DNA of 32,000 bases from Cupriavidus necator (GCF_016127575.1 NZ_CP066019.1:2460001-2492000); one strand, 5' to 3'. Positions 1 through 8,715 are shown, numbered from the stretch's first letter. Notes: generated from the letters alone by a model not told the origin. Program-made: numbers and translations.

Positions 1-1
1 G

Positions 2-814
2 CCCGCGGGCTCCGCGGCACCCGCCGCGGCCATGGCCGCCCGCGTCAAGGCCACGCCGGCGGTGCGCGCGCTGGCGCGCCGGCTCGGGGTGGACCTGGCA
101 ATGGCCACGGCATCGGGCCCCGAGGGCGTCGTCACCGCCGCCGACGTGGAGCGGGTAGCCAGCACGCTGGCCGAACTGGGCACGCCGGAACAGCTGCGCG
201 GCGTGCGCCGGGCGATGGCGCAGAACATGGCGCGTGCACAAGCCGAAGTGGCCGCCGCCACCGTGATGGACGACGCCGACATCCACGCCTGGCAGCCCGG
301 CGCCGATGTCACCATCCGGCTGGTGCGCGCCCTGGTGGCCGGCTGCCGCGCCGAACCCGGCCTCAATGCCTGGTACGAAGGCCAGACCGCCCGCCGCCAC
401 GTACTGAAGAAGATCGACGTCGGCATCGCGGCCGACCTGCCCGAAGGCCTGTTCGTGCCGGTGCTGCGCGACGTCGGCAACCGCGATGCCGCAGACCTGC
501 GCCACGGCCTGGACCGCATGCGCGCCGACATCCGCGCGCGCACCATCGCGCCGGAGGAGATGCGCGGCAACACCATCACGCTGTCCAACTTCGGCATGAT
601 CGCGGGGCGCTATGCCGCGCCAATCGTGGTGCCGCCGACCGTGGCAATCCTGGGTGCGGGGCGCGTGCGCGAGGAAGTGGTAGCAGCCGGCGGCGTGCCG
701 GCGGTGCACCGGGTGATGCCGCTGAGCCTGACCTTTGACCATCGCGTGGTGACGGGTGGGGAGGCGGCGCGGTTTCTGGCGGCGGTGATTGCGGATCTGG
801 AGATGGCGGTGTAG
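2..814 (+). CDS. 2-oxoacid dehydrogenase E2 component (dihydrolipoamide acyltransferase), C-terminal part; the 5' end lies upstream of the window
   Basis: The frame is open from base 2. A peripheral-subunit-binding motif (ATPAVRALARRLGVDL) is followed by the acyltransferase catalytic domain with the DHRVVTGGEAARF active-site motif. GC3 is high. Confidence 0.85.
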   Translation, partial: PAGSAAPAAAMAARVKATPAVRALARRLGVDLAMATASGPEGVVTAADVERVASTLAELGTPEQLRGVRRAMAQNMARAQAEVAAATVMDDADIHAWQPGADVTIRLVRALVAGCRAEPGLNAWYEGQTARRHVLKKIDVGIAADLPEGLFVPVLRDVGNRDAADLRHGLDRMRADIRARTIAPEEMRGNTITLSNFGMIAGRYAAPIVVPPTVAILGAGRVREEVVAAGGVPAVHRVMPLSLTFDHRVVTGGEAARFLAAVIADLEMAV

Positions 815-879
815 CGGTCGAAGACAACAGGGAGCCGACGAGCAAATAGCCTCGGAGAATACTGCCGCCCCTCGTGTAC

Positions 880-911
880 GCTCCCCTCTCCCGCAAGCGG
901 AAGAGGGGAGC
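880..911 (+). terminator. GC-rich stem-loop downstream of the E2 gene
   Basis: Perfect 10-bp stem GCTCCCCTCT / AGAGGGGAGC (880-889 / 902-911). No U-tract follows, so it may be a terminator variant or only an mRNA-stabilising hairpin. Confidence 0.4.
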
Positions 912-1029
912 AAACCGCCGGTGTGCTGGCACCGATCGGGAATCGGGCGCTGCGGTGGCCCTGTATATAATGCGTTTCCGATCGCCGCTGCCGTCAAGCC
1001 GGACCTATCCGGACAGCCGGACCCCCCTC

Positions 1030-1224
1030 ATGGAATCCAAGACCGCCCGCCTTACCATCCTGATCGATCCGGTCAAGAAAAAGGCCTTTGAAACCCTGTG
1101 CGCCTCACAGGACCTGACACCGTCGCAGGTCGTGCGCCAGCTGATCCGCGAATACCTGGCCCAGCATGGCGTGGAATACGCCACCAAGCCCAAGCCTGCG
1201 GGCAGCACCCGGCAGAAGAAGTGA
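1030..1224 (+). CDS. Ribbon-helix-helix (CopG/Arc-like) small DNA-binding protein, 64 aa
   Basis: Internal ATG of ORF 874..1224. The sequence MESKTARLTILIDPVKKKAFETLCASQDLTPSQVVRQLIREYL shows the typical beta-strand/helix/helix pattern of RHH proteins. A perfect TATAAT lies at 966-971. Confidence 0.6.
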   Translation: MESKTARLTILIDPVKKKAFETLCASQDLTPSQVVRQLIREYLAQHGVEYATKPKPAGSTRQKK

Positions 1225-1225
1225 C

Positions 1226-2911
1226 TCAGCGCGGGGCGTCGCCCTCGCCTGCATCTTCGCTTGCCAGCTCGCCGCAGCGCTGCACCACCTGCGCCAGCGA
1301 ATCCACGTAGTTGCCCTCCCCCAGCGCCGCCAGCACGCCTGCGCGCGCCAGCTTTTCCCTGACCCGCTCGTTGGCTTCGGCCAGCACCACCGGCACGCCG
1401 CGCTTCTGCAGCGTCACGATCACGGCCTCCAGCGTCTGCAGTCCGGTCATGTCCATGAAGGGCACGCGGCCCAGGCGGATCAGCAGCACGCGCGGCTCGG
1501 TATGGGTCTGCACCAGTGCGCGCTCGCACGCTTCCACGGCACCGAAGAAGAACGGTCCGTCGATGGCATAGACCAGCACGCCCGGCGGCATCCGCGCGGG
1601 CAGGCCGGCGCCGGTATCGCCCAGTTCGCGCTCTACGTCCACGACATCCTGGCGCGCCACCTCCACTGACGCCGACATGCGCCGCAGGAACTGCAGCATG
1701 GCCAGGATCACCCCGATATTGACCGCCACCACCAGGTCGGTCAGCACGGTCAGGGTGAAGGTGATCAGCAGGATGGCCACGTCGGCGCGCGGCGCGCGGC
1801 GGACCATGCGCGCGAACTGGCGCCCCTCGCTCATGTTGTAGGCCACCACGAACAGGATCGCGGCCAGCGTCGCCAGCGGCACACTGGCCGCGAGCGGCGC
1901 CAGGAACAGCAGCACCATTACCAGCGTGAGCGCATGCACCACGCCGGCCAGCGGGCTGTTGCCGCCATTGCGGATATTGGTGGCGGTGCGGGCGATGGCG
2001 CCGGTGGCGGCAAACCCGCCGAACAGCGGCGCCAGGATATTGGCGATGCCCTGGCCGACCAGCTCCTGGTTGGAATCGTGCCGCGTGCCCGCCATGCCGT
2101 CGGCCACCACCGCGGACAGCAATGACTCGATCGCGCCCAGCATGGCGATGGTGAAGGCCGGCCCGGCCAGCTCCAGCACGCGTGCCAGCGTGATGTCCGG
2201 CAGCGCGGGCACGGGCAGCCCGCGCGGCAGGCCGCCAAAGGCGGTGCCGATGGTGGCGACGCCGTCAAAGCGGAACAGCGCCTGCACCGCGGTGGCAACC
2301 AGCAGCGCCACCAGCGGCCCGGGGATGCGCCGCAGCCAGCGCACGCGCGGCGCGCCCACTACCAGCGCCAGGCTGCCCAGCGCCAGCGCGGTGGTGGCCG
2401 GGTGCCATTGCGGCAGCGCCTGCAGCAGGTGCCAGAGTTTTTCGTGGAAATGCTCGCCGGCGACCGGCGGCAGACCGAAGAAATCGCGCCACTGGCCGAC
2501 AAAGATGATCACGCCGATGCCAGCCGTGAAGCCGACGATCACCGGCGCGGGAACGAACCGGATCACGCTGCCCAGCCGCGTCAGCCCCATCGCCAGCAGG
2601 ATCAGCCCCGCCATCAGGGTGGCGATCTGCAAGCCGTCGATGCCATGGCGCGCGGTCACGGCGGACAGCACCACGATAAACGCGCCGGTGGGCCCCGCGA
2701 TCTGCAGCCGGCTGCCGCCGAACAGCGACACCGCCAGCCCGGCGACGATGGCCGTGTACAGGCCCTGCTCCGGCTTGGCGCCTGACGCGATCGCAAACGC
2801 CATGGCCAGCGGCAGCGCCACCACCCCGACGATCACGCCCGACACGATGTTCGGCAGCCAGTTGCCGCGTCGGAACAATCCGGCCAGCCAAGCTTCGCGC
2901 AGCGCGATCAT
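1226..2911 (-). CDS. SulP family inorganic anion (sulfate-type) permease with C-terminal STAS domain
   Basis: 561 aa with a multi-TM SulP core (for example GPTGAFIVVL, ATNIRNGGNSPLAGVVHAL) and a C-terminal STAS segment (LLIRLGRVPFMDMTGLQTLEAVIVTLQKRG). Confidence 0.9.
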   Translation of the reverse strand: MIALREAWLAGLFRRGNWLPNIVSGVIVGVVALPLAMAFAIASGAKPEQGLYTAIVAGLAVSLFGGSRLQIAGPTGAFIVVLSAVTARHGIDGLQIATLMAGLILLAMGLTRLGSVIRFVPAPVIVGFTAGIGVIIFVGQWRDFFGLPPVAGEHFHEKLWHLLQALPQWHPATTALALGSLALVVGAPRVRWLRRIPGPLVALLVATAVQALFRFDGVATIGTAFGGLPRGLPVPALPDITLARVLELAGPAFTIAMLGAIESLLSAVVADGMAGTRHDSNQELVGQGIANILAPLFGGFAATGAIARTATNIRNGGNSPLAGVVHALTLVMVLLFLAPLAASVPLATLAAILFVVAYNMSEGRQFARMVRRAPRADVAILLITFTLTVLTDLVVAVNIGVILAMLQFLRRMSASVEVARQDVVDVERELGDTGAGLPARMPPGVLVYAIDGPFFFGAVEACERALVQTHTEPRVLLIRLGRVPFMDMTGLQTLEAVIVTLQKRGVPVVLAEANERVREKLARAGVLAALGEGNYVDSLAQVVQRCGELASEDAGEGDAPR

Positions 2912-3122
2912 GCGTCAATCCCTCGGGTTCGAGCAGGATGATGATGGTGCATTGGATAATAACAGCATGTTAATGCCCGCCGGCTTGCGGCTCGCGCCGT
3001 GATATTCGCCACGCCTGCACTGTCGCTTATGCCACTCAATTCCTATACTGGATTGGCTCGCCCGGGCGTACGGGGTATGGGCCAGGGCGGACGCGGCAAT
3101 CTTCTGCAATCGGAGGCCCATC

Positions 3123-3560
3123 ATGTTCAAGCACCTCCTTGTGCCTACCGACGGCTCCGCACGCGCCGACGCGATGGCGGCCCGCGCCATGGCCTTTGCC
3201 AGCCGCATCGGCGCCCGCGTGACCGGGCTGCATGTGATTCCCGAGTACCACGTACTGACCTACCGGCTGACCAGCCTGCAGGACACCAAGGACACCTTTG
3301 CCGCAGAAGCAGCGCGCCACGCGGATACCTTCCTGGCCGCGCTCAGCCACACCGCGGCGCAGGCCGGCGTGGCCTGCGAGACCGTTACGGCCACCGACGA
3401 CCATCCCTGGCAGGCCATCATCCAGTGCGCGCAGCAGCGCGACTGCGACCTGATCGTGATGTCGTCGCATGGCAAGCGCGGGCTGCAGGCGCTGCTGATC
3501 GGCAGCGAAACCCACAAGGTCCTGACCCACAGCACGATCCCGGTGCTGGTCTTCCGCTAG
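3123..3560 (+). CDS. Universal stress protein (UspA family)
   Basis: 145 aa. N-terminus MFKHLLVPTDGS and C-terminal motif SSHGKRGLQALLIGSETHKVLTHSTIPVLV are typical of the Usp fold. Confidence 0.9.
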   Translation: MFKHLLVPTDGSARADAMAARAMAFASRIGARVTGLHVIPEYHVLTYRLTSLQDTKDTFAAEAARHADTFLAALSHTAAQAGVACETVTATDDHPWQAIIQCAQQRDCDLIVMSSHGKRGLQALLIGSETHKVLTHSTIPVLVFR

Positions 3561-3652
3561 GCGGCCGGGCGAACAACGAGACAGCGCGATAGCGGGCAAC
3601 AGTGCGCGGCGACGCGCGTTTCCAAACCACGCCAACTGCAAGGAGCGCAACC

Positions 3653-4309
3653 ATGGCGATTCGACTGGGCGAGCAAGCCCCTGATTTCACCGCCGACACC
3701 ACGGAAGGCAAGATCAGCTTCCATGAATGGATCGGCGACAACTGGGCCATCCTGTTCTCGCATCCCAAGGACTTCACGCCGGTGTGCACCACCGAACTGG
3801 GCTATATGGCCCGGCTCAAGCCCGAATTCGACAAGCGCAACACCAAGATCATCGGCCTGAGCATCGACCCGGTCGGCGACCACCAGCGCTGGGTCAAGGA
3901 CATCGAGGAAACGCAGAACTGCACCATCAACTATCCGATGATCGGCGACGCAGACCTGAAGGTGGCCAAGCTCTACGACATGATCCACCCCGAGGCCAGT
4001 GGCAGCGGCCCGCGCACGGCGGTAGACAACGCCACCATCCGCTCGGTGTTCATCATCGGCCCGGACAAGAAGGTCAAGGCCATGCTGGTGTACCCGATGA
4101 GCGCCGGGCGCAATTTCGACGAGGTGCTGCGCCTGCTGGATTCGCTGCAGCTCAATGCCAAGCACACCGTGGCCACGCCGGTGAACTGGAAGCCGGGCGA
4201 GGACGTCATCATCCCGACATCGGTCTCGGACGAGGAGGCCAAGAAGAAGTACCCGCAGGGCTTTAAGACCCTGAAGCCCTACCTGCGCACGGTGGAGCAG
4301 CCCAAGTAA
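3653..4309 (+). CDS. 1-Cys peroxiredoxin (Prx6-type thiol peroxidase)
   Basis: Starts at the internal ATG preceded by AAGGAG. It carries the motif FSHPKDFTPVCTTELG with the peroxidatic Cys. About 218 aa, as is usual for this family. Confidence 0.9.
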   Translation: MAIRLGEQAPDFTADTTEGKISFHEWIGDNWAILFSHPKDFTPVCTTELGYMARLKPEFDKRNTKIIGLSIDPVGDHQRWVKDIEETQNCTINYPMIGDADLKVAKLYDMIHPEASGSGPRTAVDNATIRSVFIIGPDKKVKAMLVYPMSAGRNFDEVLRLLDSLQLNAKHTVATPVNWKPGEDVIIPTSVSDEEAKKKYPQGFKTLKPYLRTVEQPK

Positions 4310-4408
4310 GGGGAGCGAGAAGCGCCAGCACCAGGGAGTGCGGCCGGGCGTGGGGGTCACGCCGGCCGCCGCCGGGCCTCCCGGGCAGTCACGGCCGGGA
4401 GGCCCGAC

Positions 4409-4514
4409 TTGTCCACAGGAACTATCCACAGCTTCAGTGGATATCCCCCCTCTTGACAACCGCAAAGGGCGCGCCGGTGCTGGAATTCACTGGAGTGCCC
4501 GTTTTATAGGCAAC
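4409..4514. repeat. Intergenic element copy A: DnaA-box-like 9-mers plus a conserved tail; related to 19861-19954
   Basis: TTGTCCACA (4409-4417), CTATCCACA (4422-4430) and inverted GTGGATAT (4437-4444). Positions 4421-4514 align without gaps to 19861-19954 at 63 of 94 positions by hand count. Shared blocks are TATCCACAG, GTGGATATCC, CACYGGAGYGCCC and TAGGCAAC. Confidence 0.5.
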
Positions 4515-4585
4515 CCTCCGGGCTACGGGAATGGTTGCGGGCGTTCGAATTTTGTGCCTGTTGCGATTCTTCCGCCACCGGGCGC

Positions 4586-5554
4586 TCAGCGCGTCAGCAC
4601 CTCGCGGATGGTGTCGGCCAGTTCCTTGGCCACGAATTTCGCTACATAAGCGTCCGCGCCCACCTTGCGCACATGCTCCTCGCTGGCCTCTCCCGACAGT
4701 GACGAGTGAATCACCACCGGCAGCGACTTCAGCCGGCTGTCCGCCTTGATCTTGCGGGTCAGGGTGAAACCGTCCATCTCCGGCATCTCCAGGTCGGTCA
4801 GCACCAGCGCCACCTCGTCCTGCACTGACCTGCCATGGCTGGCCGCCTCGGCGGCGATGCGGTCGAGCAGCTCCCACGCCTCCTTGCCGGACTTGGTCAT
4901 CACCACCGGCGCGCCCAGCGCCTTCAGCCCCTGCTCGATCAGGCCGCGCGCCAGTGCCGAATCGTCGGCGGCAATGACCTTGGCGCCGGGGCGCAGGCTC
5001 AACTGCGGGCCGACCGTGCCCGGGTCCACGTCCGGCTGCCGCGTCGGCAGCACATCGCGCAGGATCTGCTCGACGTCCAGCACCTGCACCAGCCGCGACG
5101 GGTCCGCGCCCCCGGCGGTGTCCCCGTCCAGCTTGGCGATGCTGGTGACGTGGCCGGTCCGCACGCTGGCCTCGGCCGAATGCACCTGGTTCCACTCCAG
5201 GCGCACAATTTCCTCCACTGCCTCTACCGCGAAGCCCTGCGTCGAACGTGCATATTCCGTCACCAGCAGGATGCCCAGGCCGCTGCGCGGCTTGCAGCCC
5301 ACCAGCCGGGGCAGGTCGATCACCGGGATCACCTGGCCGCGGATATCCGCCATGCCCAGGATCGACGGGTCGGCCCCCACCACGGTCGTCACGTGCGGCA
5401 TCACCAGGATCTCGCGCACCTTGAAGACATTGATCCCGAACAGCTCCGTCTGGCCGGAATGCTCGGCTTCGCCAAGCCGGAACAGCAGCAGCTCGAACTG
5501 GTTGTTGTTGGTCAGGTTGGTCCGTTCGTCGATGTCCCTCATGGAACTGCTCAT
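4586..5554 (-). CDS. cheV: Chemotaxis protein CheV (CheW-like domain fused to a response-regulator receiver)
   Basis: N-terminal CheW-like region (NQFELLLFRLG...ELFGINVFKVREI) and C-terminal receiver (ALVLTDLEMPEMDGFTLTRKIK). Start moved to the ATG at 5554, which has GGGAG 6 nt upstream; the track start at 5602 has no RBS. Confidence 0.85.
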   Translation of the reverse strand: MSSSMRDIDERTNLTNNNQFELLLFRLGEAEHSGQTELFGINVFKVREILVMPHVTTVVGADPSILGMADIRGQVIPVIDLPRLVGCKPRSGLGILLVTEYARSTQGFAVEAVEEIVRLEWNQVHSAEASVRTGHVTSIAKLDGDTAGGADPSRLVQVLDVEQILRDVLPTRQPDVDPGTVGPQLSLRPGAKVIAADDSALARGLIEQGLKALGAPVVMTKSGKEAWELLDRIAAEAASHGRSVQDEVALVLTDLEMPEMDGFTLTRKIKADSRLKSLPVVIHSSLSGEASEEHVRKVGADAYVAKFVAKELADTIREVLTR

Positions 5555-5783
5555 GCTGCGCTCCCGTGCCGTGCGTGTGGTTTTTACCGCCGTCGTTGTC
5601 ATCAGCCTGCGGCCGCGGCGGATGGCGGACGGCAGGGTTCATGACTGGATATCGGCGCGGGGCAACGGGAGTTGAGAGGCGCACGCAGCGCGTGTTCGGA
5701 TTTCATCCTTGCATATCCGGATTGCTTCGTTCCTCCGGCGCAGCGTCGTCCATATAGTGGTTCCCAACTTGTCATAACACGCT

Positions 5784-6650
5784 ATGTCGATCCCCATGAC
5801 GACCCGGACCAACGTGGTACCCGTCCCCGCCGCCGCAGCCATGCCGGCACCGATCCCGCTGCCGCTCTATACGCAAATCAAGGACGCCTTGCGCGCCAGC
5901 ATCCTGGACGGCACCTATCCGCCGCACCACCAGATGCCGTCGGAAAGCGAGCTGGGCGAGCGCTTTCGCGCCAGCCGCATCACCGTGCGCCAGGCGCTGG
6001 GCGACCTGCAGAAGGAGGGGCTGATCTTCAAGATCCATGGCAAGGGCACCTTCGTCTCCAAGCCCCGCGCCTTCCAGAACGTGACTTCGCTGCAAGGCTT
6101 TGCCGAGGCCATGTCGAGCATGGGCTACGAGATCCTGAACCAGATACGCAACTGCAAATGCGTACCTGCCAGCCGTCACGTTGCCACGCAACTGCGGCTG
6201 CGCGAAGGCGATCCGGTGGTGGAGATCCGGCGCGTGCGCCTGCTCAACCGCGAGCCGGTGTCGCTGGAGCTGACCTGGGTGTCCGAGGCCGTCGGCCGCC
6301 GCCTGCTCACTGCCGACCTGGCCACGCGCGACATCTTCCTGATCCTGGAAAACGACTGTGGCGTGAAGCTCGGCCATGCCGACCTGAGTGTCGACGCCAT
6401 CCTCGCCGACGACGAGCTGACCCAGGCCCTGCGCATCGAGGAAGGCGCGCCGGTGCTGCGCATCGAACGCCTGACCCATGACGCGCAAGGCACGCCTATC
6501 GATTACGAGTTCCTCTACTTCCGCGGCGACGCGTTCCAGTACCGGCTGCGCGCAGACCGGCACAAGACCGCGCCAGCCGCCAGCGTCACCAGCCCAGCCG
6601 GCCATGCACGGCCCCGCAAACCAGCCAGCAAGGGGAAGCCCTCCGCATGA
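5784..6650 (+). CDS. GntR family transcriptional regulator, HutC subfamily (wHTH plus UTRA effector domain)
   Basis: LYTQIKDALRASILDGTY...LPSESELGERFRASRITVRQALGDLQKEGLIFKIHGKGTFV followed by a UTRA-like C-terminal half. The start is uncertain (ATGs at 5784, 5796 and 5841). The stop overlaps the next gene through ATGA at 6647-6650. Confidence 0.85.
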   Translation: MSIPMTTRTNVVPVPAAAAMPAPIPLPLYTQIKDALRASILDGTYPPHHQMPSESELGERFRASRITVRQALGDLQKEGLIFKIHGKGTFVSKPRAFQNVTSLQGFAEAMSSMGYEILNQIRNCKCVPASRHVATQLRLREGDPVVEIRRVRLLNREPVSLELTWVSEAVGRRLLTADLATRDIFLILENDCGVKLGHADLSVDAILADDELTQALRIEEGAPVLRIERLTHDAQGTPIDYEFLYFRGDAFQYRLRADRHKTAPAASVTSPAGHARPRKPASKGKPSA

Positions 6651-8416
6651 ATACCCTGACTCACGAATACGACATCGTTGTCGTCGGCGGCGGCACCGCC
6701 GGCCCGATGGCCGCGATCAAGGCCAAGGAACGCAACCCCGCGCTGCGCGTGCTGCTGCTCGACAAGGCGCACGTCAAGCGCAGCGGCGCCATCTCGATGG
6801 GCATGGACGGGCTGAACAATGCCGTGATCCCCGGCCACGCCACGCCCGAGCAGTACACCCGCGAGATCACCGTGGCCAACGACGGCATCGTCGACCAGTC
6901 CACCGTTTATGCCTACGCGCGCCACAGCTTTGCCACCATCGAGCAGCTGGATCGCTGGGGCGTCAGGTTCGAGAAGGACGAGACCGGCGACTACGCAGTG
7001 AAGAAGGTCCATCACATGGGCTCCTATGTGCTGCCGATGCCGGAAGGACACAACGTCAAGAAGGTGCTGTACCGCCAGCTCAAGCGCGCGCGGGTAGAGA
7101 TCACCAACCGCATCGTCGCCACGCGCGTGCTGACCGACGCCAGCGGCGCCGCCGGCGGCGTGATGGGCTTCGACTGCCGCAGCGCGGACTTCCACGTGAT
7201 CCGCGCGCGCGCCGTGATCCTGTGCTGCGGCGCGGCCGGCCGCCTGGGCCTGCCCGCTTCCGGCTACCTGATGGGCACCTACGAGAACCCGACCAATGCC
7301 GGCGACGGCTATGCCATGGCCTATCACGCCGGCGCCGCGCTGGCCAACCTGGAGTGCTTCCAGATCAATCCGCTGATCAAGGACTACAACGGCCCGGCCT
7401 GCGCCTACGTGACCGGCCCGCTGGGCGGCTATACCGCCAACGGCAAGGGCGAGCGCTTTATCGAATGCGACTACTGGAGCGGCCAGATGATGTGGGAGTT
7501 CTACCAGGAGCTCCAGGGCGGCAACGGCCCGGTGTTCCTGAAGCTTGACCACCTGGCGGAAGAAACCATCCAGACCATCGAGACGATCCTGCACACCAAC
7601 GAACGGCCCAGCCGCGGCCAGTTCCACGCCGGGCGCGGCACCGACTACCGCAGGCAGATGGTGGAGATGCATATCTCGGAGATCGGCTTCTGCAGCGGCC
7701 ACAGCGCTTCCGGCGTGCATGTGAACGAGCGCGCCGAGACTACCGTGCCGGGCCTGTACGCGGCCGGAGACATGGCCGCCGTGCCGCACAACTACATGCT
7801 GGGCGCCTTCACCTATGGCTGGTTTGCCGGGCACAACGCGGCCGACTACGTCGCCGGCCGCGGCCTGCCTGAAGCCGATGCGGCCCAGGTCGAGGCGGAG
7901 CGCGCGCGCGTGTTCGCACCGCTGGCGCGCGAGAGTGGGCTGCCGCCCGCCCAGGTGGAATACAAGCTGCGCCGCATGGTCAACGACTACCTGCAGCCGC
8001 CCAAGGTCACGCGCAAGATGGAAATCGGCCTGCAGCGTTTTGACGCCATCGCCGAGGACATCGGCCAGATCCGCGCCGCCAATCCGCACGAGCTGATGCG
8101 CGCGGTCGAGGTGATGGCGATCCGCGACTGCGCCGAGATGGCGGCACGCGCCTCCCTGTTCCGCACCGAGAGCCGCTGGGGTCTCTACCACCATCGCGTC
8201 GACTATCCGCAGCGCAATGATGCGGACTGGTTCTGCCATACGCACCTGAGCAAGGATGAAGCCGGGCGCATGGTCAGCCACAAGCGCGCGATCGAGCCGT
8301 ACATCGTCCCGGTGGCAGGCGACGACGCCACCGCCTACCAGCGGCTGCGCGTCAGCCGCGGCCAGGCCGCCGCCACGGCCGCCACTGCCGAACCCGCCAC
8401 CCTGGCTGCCGCCTGA
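6647..8416 (+). CDS. FAD-dependent flavoprotein of the succinate dehydrogenase/fumarate reductase superfamily, most like adenylylsulfate reductase alpha subunit (AprA-like)
   Basis: 589 aa. It has the dinucleotide fold DIVVVGGGTAGP, then KRSGAISMGMDGLN, and a C-terminal block HELMRAVEV...LFRTESRWGLYHHRVDYPQRNDADWFCH. This block parallels my recollection of archaeal AprA (LHELMRAWEL...FRKETRWPGYYYRTDYPELNDEEWKCF). Confidence 0.8.
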   Translation: MNTLTHEYDIVVVGGGTAGPMAAIKAKERNPALRVLLLDKAHVKRSGAISMGMDGLNNAVIPGHATPEQYTREITVANDGIVDQSTVYAYARHSFATIEQLDRWGVRFEKDETGDYAVKKVHHMGSYVLPMPEGHNVKKVLYRQLKRARVEITNRIVATRVLTDASGAAGGVMGFDCRSADFHVIRARAVILCCGAAGRLGLPASGYLMGTYENPTNAGDGYAMAYHAGAALANLECFQINPLIKDYNGPACAYVTGPLGGYTANGKGERFIECDYWSGQMMWEFYQELQGGNGPVFLKLDHLAEETIQTIETILHTNERPSRGQFHAGRGTDYRRQMVEMHISEIGFCSGHSASGVHVNERAETTVPGLYAAGDMAAVPHNYMLGAFTYGWFAGHNAADYVAGRGLPEADAAQVEAERARVFAPLARESGLPPAQVEYKLRRMVNDYLQPPKVTRKMEIGLQRFDAIAEDIGQIRAANPHELMRAVEVMAIRDCAEMAARASLFRTESRWGLYHHRVDYPQRNDADWFCHTHLSKDEAGRMVSHKRAIEPYIVPVAGDDATAYQRLRVSRGQAAATAATAEPATLAAA

Positions 8417-8429
8417 AGGAACCCACGCC

Positions 8430-8675
8430 ATGGCCTACACCCCGCATGAGATCGCCCAGCGCAGCAGCGCGCCGGTCACCATCGATGAAGACAAGTGCAT
8501 TGCCGACAAGGGCTGCACGGTCTGCGTCGATGTCTGCCCGATGGACCTGCTGGCCATCGACCTGACCAAAGGCAAGGCATTCATGCAGTTCGACGAGTGC
8601 TGGTACTGCATGCCCTGCGAGAAGGATTGCCCGACGGGCGCGGTCAGGGTCGAGATCCCGTACCTGCTGCGTTGA
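8430..8675 (+). CDS. Small 2x[4Fe-4S] ferredoxin, like the AprB N-terminal domain
   Basis: 81 aa, starting at an internal ATG 13 nt after the flavoprotein stop, with GAAGGAA upstream. Two cluster motifs are present: C-x5-C-x2-C-x3-CP (CIADKGCTVCVDVCP) and C-x2-C-x2-C-x3-CP (CWYCMPCEKDCP). Confidence 0.8.
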   Translation: MAYTPHEIAQRSSAPVTIDEDKCIADKGCTVCVDVCPMDLLAIDLTKGKAFMQFDECWYCMPCEKDCPTGAVRVEIPYLLR

Positions 8676-8715
8676 TTGCCCCGCTTCATGACAACAGCAC
8701 CACAGAGATAACCCC

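Noticed and set aside
1926-3002. 358-aa plus-strand ORF and several 60-220-aa ORFs overlapping the SulP gene
   Set aside because: They are off-frame shadows of the SulP permease and no domain signatures are visible.
5649-5670. CTGGATATC ... GGCAACGGG upstream of the GntR gene, reminiscent of the element's GTGGATATCC and GGCAACGGG blocks
   Set aside because: The blocks are only 8 nt apart instead of about 62 nt, and each match is short. The evidence for homology is insufficient.
4434-5684. 416-aa minus-strand ORF overlapping cheV
   Set aside because: It is an alternative frame of the cheV region with a Pro/Arg/Gly-rich nonsense translation. The CheV frame carries the real motifs.
5770-5779. 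TGTCATAACA (TGT-N4-ACA) just upstream of the GntR start, a possible HutC-type autoregulatory operator
   Set aside because: The arms are 3 bp only. Short GT...AC palindromes occur by chance, so footprinting or comparative evidence would be needed.
6515-8431. 638-aa minus-strand ORF; similar cases are 8686..9957 (423 aa), 11804..12817 (337 aa), 20086..21606 (506 aa), 25475..26830 (451 aa) and 27262..28425 (387 aa)
   Set aside because: All are antisense or off-frame to genes with clear family motifs (AprA-like, SBP, HEAT, AraC/LysR, NarK1, NarK2). All have low-complexity R/A/G/P-rich translations. They are typical high-GC shadow ORFs.
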